Assembly (NCBI GenBank): GCA_022822725.1
Contig: JAJEAN010000002.1
Span: forward strand, 185,705 to 249,704
Source: Candidatus Latescibacterota bacterium
GTDB lineage: Bacteria > JAAXHH01
Direction of reading: 5' to 3'
Length of the DNA stretch: 64,000 nt
Numbering within the stretch: the stretch's first letter is position 1; each line of letters starts with the position of its first letter. Below the pieces are notes generated by a model that saw nothing but the letters and a program-made list of their open reading frames with translations, was not told the DNA's origin and made no database searches. Positions 17,808 through 27,702 of this stretch are shown piece after piece. The translations under genes were made by a program, and so were the position numbers.

Positions 17808-17877
17808 AGTGCCTCCCTGTTTTGCGTTTGTGGCTTCTGGTCTGGGGGTCGACGCGACGCGCGTCCGGCCACACAGT

Positions 17878-17925
17878 TCGTGACGAGGATTACTCGTAAC
17901 GAGGACTACTCGCGACGAGAACTTC
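17878..17925. repeat. 16-bp tandem array x3 upstream of the DUF1326 gene
   Basis: tcgtgacgaggattac / tcgtaacgaggactac / tcgcgacgagaacttc. Confidence 0.8.
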
Positions 17926-18126
17926 GACTTTGCTGGCTCAAAACGGACCGCCGTTCCGAGCGGGTCAATATCGTTTGGGCGCGAAACTGTAACGCGGTAT
18001 ATTCTACCGTACCGGCAACATCGCAGTATATTCAATATATGTGCTCCCCGCCCTCAAAGTCAATCGCAAATCGAATCGATCAAAGGGCGGCCGGCCTCGA
18101 CGGATCTTCTCCCAAAGGAAACGAAC

Positions 18127-19068
18127 ATGGAATACAGAGCGCTCGGTGAATCGGGCCTGACGGTATCGGCCATCGGCATGGGCTGCTGGCCCATGGCCGG
18201 GGTAGGTTGGACCGGGATAGACGACAACGCGTCCCTGGCGGCGCTCGAGACGGCCATGGACGGCGGCATCACCCTCATCGACACCGCCTACATGTATGGG
18301 CGAAGCGGCGAATCGGAACGGCTGGTGGGACGGGCCATCGCGGGCAGGCGCGACCAGATCGTCCTTGCGACGAAATGCGGCCTGTACTGGGACGGCACGA
18401 CGCTGCTCCGCGACAGCTCGAGGAAGCGTGTCCTGGAACAGGTCGAGGAGAGCCTCCGCAGGCTGAACACCGACTACATCGACCTCTACCAGGTGCACGC
18501 GCCGGACGAGAACACGCCCTTCGAGGAGACGGCCGCCACGCTCGCCGACCTGAAGGAACAGGGCAAGATCCGCGCCATCGGCGTGAGCAATTACGACGTG
18601 GCGCAGATGAAGGCCTTCGCCCGCCACGCGCCTCTCCACTCGGACCAGCCGCCGTACAACCTGCTCAACCGGGACATCGAAGCGGAGATCCTGCCCTACT
18701 GCCGGGAGAACCGCATCGGCGTGATCTCCTACTGGCCGCTGTACAAGGGCCTGCTGACCGGGAAGTACGGACGGGGCCACCGGTTTCCCGAAGGCGACAG
18801 CCGCAACGAGGACGTCCGGTTCCAGGGGGAGGAGCTCGAGCGCACCCTCGACATGCTCGACAAGCTGAAGCCCATCGCAGACGAATACGGCAAATCCATC
18901 GCCCAGCTCGTGATCCACTGGACGGCCCGGCAGCCGGGGATCACGTCGGTCCTGTGCGGCGCGACGCGACCGGACCAGGTCGAACAGAACATCGAAGCGG
19001 TGGGCTGGGAACTGTCCGACGCGCACCGTGCGCAGGTCGACGAGATCGTCGCGGGCATGGGCGATTAG
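18127..19068 (+). CDS. Aldo/keto reductase
   Basis: IDTAYMYG, ATKCG, DYIDLYQVH and IGVSN motifs. Confidence 0.93.
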   Translation: MEYRALGESGLTVSAIGMGCWPMAGVGWTGIDDNASLAALETAMDGGITLIDTAYMYGRSGESERLVGRAIAGRRDQIVLATKCGLYWDGTTLLRDSSRKRVLEQVEESLRRLNTDYIDLYQVHAPDENTPFEETAATLADLKEQGKIRAIGVSNYDVAQMKAFARHAPLHSDQPPYNLLNRDIEAEILPYCRENRIGVISYWPLYKGLLTGKYGRGHRFPEGDSRNEDVRFQGEELERTLDMLDKLKPIADEYGKSIAQLVIHWTARQPGITSVLCGATRPDQVEQNIEAVGWELSDAHRAQVDEIVAGMGD

Positions 19069-19181
19069 GCGATGGAGTCGGGGTCGGGCGGTCGGCACAA
19101 TCGGGCGGCGCGCAAGGTACGGGCAAGCGGAAATACGAGGCAGACGGAGCGTCTCACACGGACGGACGACTGGCCGGTTAT

Positions 19182-19604
19182 CTAGTTGGCCAGCGCACCG
19201 CTGGCGATTGAGCGGATCTTCTTGACCATGGACCGGAAGCCGTTGCTCCGGCTCGGGCTGAGGTGGGACGCCAGGTCCAGCCGTTCGAAGATGTCCTCGA
19301 TGTCGGCGTCCAGGATCTGGCGCGGCGTCTTTCCGGAATAGACCATGAGCAGGATGGCCACGAGGCCGCGGACGATGTGGGCGTCGCTGTCGGCGTCGAA
19401 GCTGATGGTCGGCGGCAGGTTCTCGTCCACGTGGGGTACGAGCCAGACCTGGCTCACGCAACCCTTGACCTTGTACGCATCGGTCTTGTAGGCATCGTCC
19501 AGGGGCGGGAGTTTCCTTCCCAGGTCGATGATCTCCTGGTAGCGCTCTTCCCAGTCATCCAGGTATTCGAAGTCTTCCAGCACTTCTTCTATCGTCGTGT
19601 CCAT
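19182..19604 (-). CDS. sufE: SufE family Fe-S metabolism protein
   Basis: VKGCVSQVW, DSDAHIVRGL and LSPSRSNG motifs. Confidence 0.93.
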   Translation of the reverse strand: MDTTIEEVLEDFEYLDDWEERYQEIIDLGRKLPPLDDAYKTDAYKVKGCVSQVWLVPHVDENLPPTISFDADSDAHIVRGLVAILLMVYSGKTPRQILDADIEDIFERLDLASHLSPSRSNGFRSMVKKIRSIASGALAN

Positions 19605-19644
19605 CGTCACGATTGTGCGTCCTCCACTTCAATAAGTTCCCGCC

Positions 19645-19742
19645 GGCGGCCTGCTCGACCCGGCCGCGGCGGCCCGCCCGATCCGTTCGTGGCGGCCTGC
19701 ACGGCCTGTCCGCGGCGGTCCGCCCGACCCGGCCGTGGCGGC
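19645..19742. repeat. 23-bp degenerate tandem array (4+ units) between hupE and sufE
   Basis: ggcggY anchors at 19645, 19668, 19691, 19714 and 19737. Confidence 0.8.
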
Positions 19743-19749
19743 TTCCTGC

Positions 19750-20322
19750 TCAGTTCGCTCCGATCAACAGCATGGCCGAAACACCGGCGGCCGCACCCGA
19801 TACGAATAGGTTCCAGTGGCGGTGCGGCGTGCCCAGGAGCCGCAGGAACACCAGGGCCACGGCCGCGAAGATCGCCACGATCATCAACTGGCCCAGTTCC
19901 AGCCCGATGTTGAAGGACAGGAGCGGCACGACGATCGATTCTTCCATGCCGAGCAGCGCTCTCAGGTAGTTCGAGAATCCCAGGCCGTGAATCAGGCCGA
20001 AGAACAGGGCCAGTCCGTAGCTCGTCTTCCGGCCGAATTTCCCCTCGAAGGGCCGCCAGACGTTCATCAGGCAGGTCGCCAGGATCGTCACGGGGATGAG
20101 CGTCTCGACCAGGTCCGTCGGGACCAGAATGAGGCGGAGCGTAGCCAGCGCCAGGGTGATCGAGTGCCCGACCGTGAAGGCCGTAACCAGCAAGATCACC
20201 GAACGCCACCGGTTCAGCGGATAGGCGGCGCAGAGCGCGATGATGAAAACGATGTGGTCGTAGGCGTTCAGGTCCGAAATGTGATCGAAACCGAGTTGCA
20301 GATATACCTGGAATTCGGACAT
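19750..20322 (-). CDS. HupE/UreJ family membrane protein
   Basis: DHIVF, TAFTVGHSITL, FGLIHGLGF and FNIGLELGQ motifs. Confidence 0.92.
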   Translation of the reverse strand: MSEFQVYLQLGFDHISDLNAYDHIVFIIALCAAYPLNRWRSVILLVTAFTVGHSITLALATLRLILVPTDLVETLIPVTILATCLMNVWRPFEGKFGRKTSYGLALFFGLIHGLGFSNYLRALLGMEESIVVPLLSFNIGLELGQLMIVAIFAAVALVFLRLLGTPHRHWNLFVSGAAAGVSAMLLIGAN

Positions 20323-20388
20323 CTTCCGCCCAGTGTTCAGCCGGCGCCGAGGGCGAAACCGCGACCCCGACACGGTCGGAACCAGAAG

Positions 20389-20988
20389 TCATGGTCCGAA
20401 ACGGACCGTCCCGGTGACGGTTTTCTTGCTCAGATTGACGAATTTCTTCTCGCCACCGATTTCGAACCGCATCACGTTGGCCTGCGTGTCGAACATTTCG
20501 ATCAGGATCCGGTTCTCGACCTCGATCGTATCCACGCTTTCCACATCCGTAATCTGCACCAGGCAGGCCGTCGCGTCAAGCGCGTCCTCCATGCCGGCGT
20601 AGGTCAATTGCCGGTCGGCGCCGTTGATCCGAAAGGCCAGCCTGGAGGTCAGGTAATCGGACACGTAGCGGTCGCGGTCTGCATGGGCCTGGTCGGTCCA
20701 GAGCCTGAGCCGGGGTCCTCCCTCGGCCACGATGGCCTCTTCCAGGTCGTCCGTGAAGATTCGCACCGACACGTCGAGACGCGCGTCGTCCACGTTCCAC
20801 TTGACCCGTGCGATGCTCACGTAGAACACATGGGCGGGTGCCGCGGCCGGACCGGGGGCCGTACTCGGACCAGGGGCCGGACCGGAACCAGGGACAGCGG
20901 CCAGACCGGGTGTCGCGCCCGAAACCGGTTCGGCCGCGGAGAGGATCATCAGGCAGAGAAGGACCCCGAGCGGCTTCATCGCCTCCAT
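20389..20988 (-). CDS. DUF6702-like secreted protein
   Basis: Signal peptide, AHVFYVSI and RIFTDDLE motifs. Confidence 0.75.
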   Translation of the reverse strand: MEAMKPLGVLLCLMILSAAEPVSGATPGLAAVPGSGPAPGPSTAPGPAAAPAHVFYVSIARVKWNVDDARLDVSVRIFTDDLEEAIVAEGGPRLRLWTDQAHADRDRYVSDYLTSRLAFRINGADRQLTYAGMEDALDATACLVQITDVESVDTIEVENRILIEMFDTQANVMRFEIGGEKKFVNLSKKTVTGTVRFGP

Positions 20989-20989
20989 C

Positions 20990-22465
20990 CTACTGGGCCA
21001 TTGCGTCCCGCAGGCCGTACTTGTCGATCAGATAGATCAGCGTGGCGATGGATGCGCCGCCCAGTTCCAGTTCGCGGCGGTTGACCGCTTCGAAGTTGTC
21101 GGTGGGCGCGTGATGATAGTCGAACGCCCGCTGCGAATCGGGGTTGAAACCGATGGTCGGGGTACCCGTCTCCCTGCGGAGCGGTCCGATGTCTGCGCCG
21201 CCGCCGCCCACGTTGATGTAGGAGATCGTGGCCTGGGGAAACAGGGGCAGCCACGATCGGAAGCGTTCGATGACGTCATCGTCCGCGGAAACACCGAATC
21301 CCCGCGGGCTGAAGCCGCCCGCGTCGCTTTCGAGGGCGATCAGGTGCTGTTCGCCCGTTTCCTTTGCCACCTCGGCGTACTTAAGGCCGCCGCGGAGGCC
21401 GTTTTCCTCGTTCATGAACAGGACGGCCCGGATGGTGTGGCGGGGCCGGATGCCCAGTTTCTGGAAGGTCCGCAGCACGCCGATGGAGTGGACCACGCCC
21501 GCGCCGTCGTCATGGGCGCCTTCAGACACGTCCCATGAGTCGAGATGGCCGCCCACCAGGATGATCTCGTCCGGCCGTTCACTGCCACGGATCTCGCCGA
21601 TCACGTTGTGCGACAGGGCGTCGGGATGCCATTTCGAGGACAGGCGCATGTAGAGCTTTGCATCAGGCTGTCCCTCGAGCGCCTGCTCCAGGCGGTCGGC
21701 GGACTGATAGCCCAGGGCCGCGGCGGGGATGCGCTCCACGTCTTCGGCGTAGCGCAGTCCGCCGGTGTGAGGTGCATCGCCGAAGTCCGAACCGGCCGAC
21801 CGGATCACAACGCCCACGGCGCCGAACCTGGCCGCCTGGGACGGACCGGCGGTCCGCTGGTCCACCGCTCCGCCATATCCGGGGCCCGTGGCGATCACCG
21901 TCTGGTCGAAGCGCCGGTTGTAGAAGACGATCTTCCCTTCAACAGCCTCGCGGCCGATTTCTTCCACTTCTTCCAGGGAATGGACCACCACGACGGGCGC
22001 CGTAAGCCCCGTCGGCGCGGTCGGCACCGATCCCCCGATGGCCAGGGCAGTCAGCTCGATCATGCCTTCGTCGACGTTGACGATCCGCACCTGCTCCGGT
22101 TCGCCCCGTTCCCAGTGGGGCACCATGACTTCCTGCAGGTAGACCCGGTCGAATCCGTAGCCTTCCATCACCTCTTTCGCCCATGCCACGGCGCGCTCCG
22201 CGCCTTCCGAACCGCTGAGGCGCGGCCCGATGTTCTTGCTCAGGTCTTCGAGGAGGAAGTACATCTCTCCCGAAGCCAGCCGTTCGTTGAAGATTGCGGT
22301 TACGGTCTGCTCGTCTTCGGTCTGTCCGTGGACTTCGTGGGGGAAGGCCGTAGACAAGCCGAGCGAGAAGGCCAAGGCAAGGAGCGGGGCCATGCACAGG
22401 GGAAGGAAAGACGACAGGATCGTGCCTTTCGCAACCCCGGACAGGTTGGGATGCGTGGACTTCAT
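20990..22465 (-). CDS. M28 family Zn carboxypeptidase (carboxypeptidase Q-like)
   Basis: GPRLSGS, GGHLDSWD, GAHDDG, NEENGLRG and DYHH motifs. Confidence 0.93.
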   Translation of the reverse strand: MKSTHPNLSGVAKGTILSSFLPLCMAPLLALAFSLGLSTAFPHEVHGQTEDEQTVTAIFNERLASGEMYFLLEDLSKNIGPRLSGSEGAERAVAWAKEVMEGYGFDRVYLQEVMVPHWERGEPEQVRIVNVDEGMIELTALAIGGSVPTAPTGLTAPVVVVHSLEEVEEIGREAVEGKIVFYNRRFDQTVIATGPGYGGAVDQRTAGPSQAARFGAVGVVIRSAGSDFGDAPHTGGLRYAEDVERIPAAALGYQSADRLEQALEGQPDAKLYMRLSSKWHPDALSHNVIGEIRGSERPDEIILVGGHLDSWDVSEGAHDDGAGVVHSIGVLRTFQKLGIRPRHTIRAVLFMNEENGLRGGLKYAEVAKETGEQHLIALESDAGGFSPRGFGVSADDDVIERFRSWLPLFPQATISYINVGGGGADIGPLRRETGTPTIGFNPDSQRAFDYHHAPTDNFEAVNRRELELGGASIATLIYLIDKYGLRDAMAQ

Positions 22466-22584
22466 GAAGACCTCCGTGGTCAGAGATTAACTGCCGGACA
22501 TCATGGGACCGTATTGCGTAACGGGTTCGTTCAGAGACGGCGATGTGGTGCAGGTACGTTCGCGGATCAAGTCGCGTAACAGAC

Positions 22585-22674
22585 CAGTGCGCAGACCGAG
22601 ATTCTGCCGGGTCAGTGCGCAGACCGTGATTCCTGCCGGGCCAGTGTGCAGACCGAGCTTCCTACCGGGTCAGT
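22585..22674. repeat. 28-29-bp tandem array x3 overlapping the moaB stop
   Basis: cagtgYgcagaccg...ccgggY units at 22585, 22613 and 22642. Confidence 0.9.
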
Positions 22675-23177
22675 TCCCAGCCCATGTGGGAGATTTCCGT
22701 CGCGATCAGTTTTTCCCAGGCCAGCTCCACGGCGGCGGGGGAGCCGGGCGTGGAGATGACCACCGTATTGCGGTACACCCCCGCTGTGGCGCGGGACAAC
22801 ATGGCCGCGGAGCCGACCTGGTCGTAGCTGAGCATGCGGAAAAGCTCGCCGAACCCGGTCAGGTGCTTTTCCAGTTTGCGGTTCAGCACGTCGAAGGTCC
22901 GGTCCCTCTTCGAGATGCCGGTCCCCCCGTTGAAAATGACGATGTGGATGTTATCGCCGGTGCAGTCCTCCAGGGCGGCTTCGACCTGGTCCGGTTCGTC
23001 CCGGATCAGCAGATAGCCGGCGACCCGGTGGCCCGCTTCCTCAATGCGCGTCCTGAGGTAATTTCCGTTGACGTCCGTTTCCGGCGTCCGGGAATCGCTC
23101 ACCGTGACGACGGCGACATCCAACGGTCCGCCCTCGGCCGCAATGGTTCTGTGTTCTGAAGTGCTCTTGGAAGACAT
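22662..23177 (-). CDS. moaB: Molybdenum cofactor biosynthesis protein B
   Basis: [22 protein letters not shown] and PGSP motifs. Confidence 0.9.
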   Translation of the reverse strand: MSSKSTSEHRTIAAEGGPLDVAVVTVSDSRTPETDVNGNYLRTRIEEAGHRVAGYLLIRDEPDQVEAALEDCTGDNIHIVIFNGGTGISKRDRTFDVLNRKLEKHLTGFGELFRMLSYDQVGSAAMLSRATAGVYRNTVVISTPGSPAAVELAWEKLIATEISHMGWELTR

Positions 23178-23188
23178 GAGGCCGGATC

Positions 23189-23428
23189 CTACAGCACGTC
23201 CTGCAACCGTAGCCCCTGCTTTTTCAGGAACGGCATCAACCCTATCTTCGTGACCGTCCGCAAGGCGCTGACGGACATCTTGATGCGCACCGTGCGGCCG
23301 AGTTCGGGCACGTAGATACGCTTCAGCTGGAGATTGGGGTACTGACGCCGCTTGGTCTTGTTATGAGCGTGGGATATGTTGAAACCGACCAGGGGACCTT
23401 TACCGGTCAACTTGCATTTTCTGGACAT
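23189..23428 (-). CDS. rpmB: 50S ribosomal protein L28
   Basis: [34 protein letters not shown]. Confidence 0.97.
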   Translation of the reverse strand: MSRKCKLTGKGPLVGFNISHAHNKTKRRQYPNLQLKRIYVPELGRTVRIKMSVSALRTVTKIGLMPFLKKQGLRLQDVL

Positions 23429-23451
23429 GAGGCAAACCTCCAGGAACGCGG

Positions 23452-23613
23452 CTACCGCGTCTCCCGGTACATGACGTGCCGCCGCAACGTCGGGTCGTAC
23501 TTCTTGATCTCGATACGGGCGGTCGTGTTACGCCGGTTCTTCTTCGTGTAGTAGCAGTGCGCGCTTTCCGTGCTCTTGAGTTTCACCAGTTCACGGTTCT
23601 TGCTCTTGGCCAT
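23452..23613 (-). CDS. rpmG: 50S ribosomal protein L33 (no CxxC)
   Basis: Manual translation [53 protein letters not shown]; GAGGAG RBS. Not in the ORF track. Confidence 0.96.
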   Translation of the reverse strand: MAKSKNRELVKLKSTESAHCYYTKKNRRNTTARIEIKKYDPTLRRHVMYRETR

Positions 23614-23643
23614 GCTGTACTCCTCGACGAGCCAATATTCAAC

Positions 23644-23685
23644 ATGCCGGTGTGCCGGTTCTTGATGCCGGTGTGCCGGTTCTTG
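23644..23685. repeat. Perfect 21-bp duplication in the rpmG 5' UTR
   Basis: atgccggtgtgccggttcttg x2. Confidence 0.95.
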
Positions 23686-23700
23686 CCAACCAAGCGATGA

Positions 23701-23729
23701 AATCTAATAGGCGTGTGCGTGAAAATCAA
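23701..23729 (-). promoter_or_regulatory. Sigma70-like promoter for rpmG-rpmB
   Basis: TTGATT-17nt-TAGATT on the minus strand. Confidence 0.55.
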
Positions 23730-23932
23730 GGAAATAAAACAGGGTTCTGCAGTTATACGGAATGTACCCGGTATATGGCATGCTCCCGGGATGCTTTAAT
23801 CTGAAAAGAAGCCCGGCGTATCAAAAAACGAAAGCGTCTCAAAAAAGTCCCCGAATCGTCAAATTAAAAACGTAAGATGCTATGATCGACCCCTGTTCCA
23901 GGACCATCCGTTATTGCTATCGAGGAGCCGGC

Positions 23933-24895
23933 ATGAGTCAAGAAGTCCTGATGGTCATCGGGTTTGCCCTTGGCGCGTATTCGATCATCGGTAACGACGC
24001 CATTCAAACGCTGGGGACATTCCTCAGTTCAAACGCCCACCGGCCGTGGTGGGTATTGTGGCTCTTCGCCGGCGGTATCATTACGATGGTCCTGGTATAC
24101 GGATGGATGGCTCATGGCGGAGACGTCTCCTATGGCAGGCTGGAGGCCATCGCGGTGCCGGACCACTTCAGCTGGATCTACTGCGTCCCTCCCTTTGTCC
24201 TTCTCCTGCTGACCCGCTGGGGCATACCGGTCAGCACCACCTTCCTGACCCTGACGATCTTCGCGCCGTCGGTGCTGGGGGAGATGCTGATCAAGTCGCT
24301 GCTCGGATACGCGACGGCTTTCGTGGCCGCCATCGTCGTGTACAGGCTGGTCACCCGGGGCCTCGAGGCGCACTTCGCCAGGACGGAGGGACCGACGAGT
24401 TCCTGGTGGGTCGCGGCGCAGTGGTGCTCGACCGGCTTCCTCTGGAGCCAGTGGTTGATCCAGGACCTGGCCAACATCTACGTCTTCCTGCCGCGGGATC
24501 CGGCCAGCCGGACGCCCGATCTGGCGCTCGGATGGTTCATGCTCAGCGTCGTCGGCATACTGGCCCTGCTCGCCGTCATTTTCTACAACCACGGCGGCGC
24601 GATCCAGAAGGTGGTGTTGTCCAAGACCAACACGACCGACATCCGTTCGGCCACCTTCGTAGACCTGATCTATGGAATTGTGCTTTATATCTTCAAGGAA
24701 ATCAGCAAGGTCCCGATGAGCACGACCTGGGTATTCGTCGGTCTCCTGGCCGGACGGGAGATCGCCATCGCCTGGAACCGGCGGCACCGCAGTCGCCGGG
24801 GCGTTTCGCGGTTGGTGATCTCCGACTTCACGAAAGCCCTGGCGGGTCTCCTCGTGAGTGTCGCCCTCGCCCTGCTGCTACCCCGATTGACGTAG
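23933..24895 (+). CDS. Membrane protein distantly resembling PiT phosphate permeases
   Basis: GNDAIQTLGT, IPVSTT, QDLAN and PMSTT motifs; GAGGAG RBS. Confidence 0.7.
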   Translation: MSQEVLMVIGFALGAYSIIGNDAIQTLGTFLSSNAHRPWWVLWLFAGGIITMVLVYGWMAHGGDVSYGRLEAIAVPDHFSWIYCVPPFVLLLLTRWGIPVSTTFLTLTIFAPSVLGEMLIKSLLGYATAFVAAIVVYRLVTRGLEAHFARTEGPTSSWWVAAQWCSTGFLWSQWLIQDLANIYVFLPRDPASRTPDLALGWFMLSVVGILALLAVIFYNHGGAIQKVVLSKTNTTDIRSATFVDLIYGIVLYIFKEISKVPMSTTWVFVGLLAGREIAIAWNRRHRSRRGVSRLVISDFTKALAGLLVSVALALLLPRLT

Positions 24896-24994
24896 CGGTT
24901 TCGTAACCCGGCGTGACGGAGTAATAAGGCCTTGATCCGTCTCGTCAGCACCGCCGGGCAGTCCCGCCTCGTCCGGAAAGCTGGGAAAACCGGA

Positions 24995-25354
24995 TTACGC
25001 CCCGTCAGCCGCGCAGGCCTGCAGTTCGTCCAGCGTTACGAACTCCAGGGCCATGATGTGGGTGGCGCTCAGCACGACCGGCGGCGCCGCACCCGCGTCG
25101 TAGGCCTCTTTCCAGCGGTTCACGCACACGCACCAGCGGTCGCCGGGTTTCAGTCCCTCGAAGCCGAAGGCGGGGACGGGGGTGCTGAGGTCGTTTCCCG
25201 CCGCTTTGGAGAAGACCAGGAACTCCTCGGTCATCACCGCGCAGACGGCGTGGACACCCGCGTCGCCGGAGCCGGTGTTGCATGCGCCGTCGCGGTAGAA
25301 TCCGGTCAGCGGATCCATCGAACAGCCGGTCAGTGGTTCGCCGAGTACGTTCAT
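24995..25354 (-). CDS. DUF2237 family protein
   Basis: NVLGEPL..CS.DPLTGFYRDG.C and GDRWCVC motifs. Confidence 0.93.
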   Translation of the reverse strand: MNVLGEPLTGCSMDPLTGFYRDGACNTGSGDAGVHAVCAVMTEEFLVFSKAAGNDLSTPVPAFGFEGLKPGDRWCVCVNRWKEAYDAGAAPPVVLSATHIMALEFVTLDELQACAADGA

Positions 25355-25360
25355 GATCTC

Positions 25361-27700
25361 CTAAAGATCGAACAGGTAGGCCAGCTTGACGATCAGCGTA
25401 CGGTCGAGCGGTTCACCGAGCAAGGCATCCGAGGTGACTCCGTTATCCCTGTTCTCGTTGTATACGACGTAGATATTGCTGCCCGGACTGATGATGTAGT
25501 TGAACCGGAAATTCGAAACGAACCGGTCCCGATTCGTATCCCACTGCACCAGCGCGTTGAGGGATACGTCGGGGGAGAACGAATAACTGGTCCGGATGCC
25601 GAAGAGGTGGGCGGTGACATCGCGCTCCATGTTGCCCGCATCGGTGAGCGACACGTCGTTCAACTCGTAACGGGGCCCGAAGGTGAACTTCGAACCGGTC
25701 CGCACGCCGCCCTCGAGATTCAGTGAACGCCGGTTTCCGTTGATGTACTGGCCCACGATGAGCTGGAAATCGGCGAACAGAGGTTTGCTCAGGTTCGTCG
25801 TGTAGTGCATGCGCGAGGCCGCGTCCGTGTAGTTGCCCGGGGCGAGCTTGACGCCCAGGATGGGCCGGGTGTCTGCGGTGACGCGCGTGTAGTTCCGGTC
25901 CAGCGTGATCCCGGCCCGTTCACCCCCGGTGAGGAAAAACTCGAAATGATAGTGCTCCATCCGGGTCAGCTGCGTACCGTCGTCCCCGAACGTGGCACCC
26001 ACTACGGCATGGGGGAACCACCGGCGGACGACACTGTTATCAGGTTCGGGCGTGTAGAACACGCGGCCTGAAACCTCGTGAAACCCGCCGAAATTACGCG
26101 CGAGGCTCCGCCGGCTGAAGAACCCCATGCCGGGATCGAAAAACTCGGAAACGCCCATGTAGAGGCCCTCTAGCTGCCAGAGCGGGCCGTTCCACCGCGA
26201 CCATAACCGTCCCGCGAAGCCCGATTCACTGCTTTCATCCTGCTTGAAGGTGGTCCCGGCCAGGAAACCGCTGACGGCCAGCTTCGGACCTATGGCCAGG
26301 TTGAAGTCGGCGCCGGCCGCCCGGTTGTAGTCGCCGCCTCCGACCCGCTGGTTTGTCAGGATGAAACCGATATTGGATTTCTCGCCCACGTCCTGGCTGA
26401 CACGCGCCACTGCGTAGATGTTGTCCTCGAGCCTGGTGTCGCCGAACCGCTCGTCACCCGTGCGCATGAGCAGCAGGCCGAGGTTGGTCCGCCCGGCCTT
26501 GCCCGTCATGCGCCCTCCGCCTGTAATCGGCACCTGCCTCAACGCACCGGAACCATCACGTGCCAGGCCGATGTTCCGGCTGTAAAAGAGCTCGGTCTCC
26601 CGGGCTACGCCGAACCGGAACAGCCCGGCGTTTTCAAGGAAGAAGGTGCGTTTTTCCGGGAAGAACAGGTTGAATTGCGTGAGGTTGACCTGCGCGTCGT
26701 CCACCTCCACCTGGGAGAAGTCCGTGTTGTAGGTCATGTCCAGCGACAGGTTGTTCGTCAGGCCGTACTTGACGTCCAGTCCGCCGTCGAAGTCGTCGTC
26801 CCGCCGGGTTTCAGTGGGGTCGTAGGTCCACGTGGCGCCGCCCAGGGAATAAGGCGTGACCTGCAGGTACCGTTGGTCGTGCCGGGTGAGGTTAAGGCCC
26901 GCCAGGGTCCCGGCCACCGACACCTGGGATATGTTGAACGGGCGGATGACGGGCGCCCAGAAGGCCTGCTCGTTTCGGCGGCGGATCTGGCGCTCCAGGT
27001 TGATGCCGAAATCCACATCGTCCCCGGTCTCGAAGCGCAGCGTGCTCCAGGGAATGGACATCTCGGCGTACCAACCTTCTTCGTTCCGGGAGGTGTATAC
27101 ATCCCACACCCCGTTCCAGTCCGTCAGGATGTTGGTGTTGAAACGGCCCTCCGACCGGCCCTCGTTGCGCACCTGGGCGTCATAACGGGCGCCGTCGGGG
27201 TTGGTGGCGAAGAGAATGCCGTTCTGCCGGTCCATGAACGTATCCAGGATGATCTGGAAGTAATCGTCGTCGGCCAGGTCGCCGTCCCGGGCCATCTGCG
27301 TGGCGATGATCCGGGAGGGGTCCGAGTCGTAGGCCCAGACGCCGATGTACAGCGTCTGCTCATCGTAGAGCACCCGCACCTCGGTCCGCTCGGTCGCCGG
27401 CTGGCCCTCGTCGGGGCGTTGCTGGGTGAAGCCGCTGGCCGCCAGGGCGTTCTGCCATACGCCCTCGTCAAGGACGCCGTCCATGTGCAGCGCTTCCAGG
27501 ATGCGCAGCGGGACGATCTCCCGCTCCTGCGCCGACGCGGGGCCGGCGGTCTGAAGCATGAGCGCTGCGGCCATACAGAGTGCCATGGCCATTCGCCGGA
27601 AGGCTGTCGCGCACGGTAAGGCCGACGCGCGCTGGACAGCCGCCGCCTGCCCGGACCAGGTCGCGGCCAGTGCACGATTACAGGCGCGGTACCAGTGCAT
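25361..27700 (-). CDS. CBM9-like/DUF5916 outer-membrane protein
   Basis: DGVLDE..W, NTDFSQVEVD and FPEKRTFFLEN motifs; C-terminal KLAYLFDL. The start may be internal. Confidence 0.85.
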   Translation of the reverse strand: MHWYRACNRALAATWSGQAAAVQRASALPCATAFRRMAMALCMAAALMLQTAGPASAQEREIVPLRILEALHMDGVLDEGVWQNALAASGFTQQRPDEGQPATERTEVRVLYDEQTLYIGVWAYDSDPSRIIATQMARDGDLADDDYFQIILDTFMDRQNGILFATNPDGARYDAQVRNEGRSEGRFNTNILTDWNGVWDVYTSRNEEGWYAEMSIPWSTLRFETGDDVDFGINLERQIRRRNEQAFWAPVIRPFNISQVSVAGTLAGLNLTRHDQRYLQVTPYSLGGATWTYDPTETRRDDDFDGGLDVKYGLTNNLSLDMTYNTDFSQVEVDDAQVNLTQFNLFFPEKRTFFLENAGLFRFGVARETELFYSRNIGLARDGSGALRQVPITGGGRMTGKAGRTNLGLLLMRTGDERFGDTRLEDNIYAVARVSQDVGEKSNIGFILTNQRVGGGDYNRAAGADFNLAIGPKLAVSGFLAGTTFKQDESSESGFAGRLWSRWNGPLWQLEGLYMGVSEFFDPGMGFFSRRSLARNFGGFHEVSGRVFYTPEPDNSVVRRWFPHAVVGATFGDDGTQLTRMEHYHFEFFLTGGERAGITLDRNYTRVTADTRPILGVKLAPGNYTDAASRMHYTTNLSKPLFADFQLIVGQYINGNRRSLNLEGGVRTGSKFTFGPRYELNDVSLTDAGNMERDVTAHLFGIRTSYSFSPDVSLNALVQWDTNRDRFVSNFRFNYIISPGSNIYVVYNENRDNGVTSDALLGEPLDRTLIVKLAYLFDL

Positions 27701-27702
27701 TT

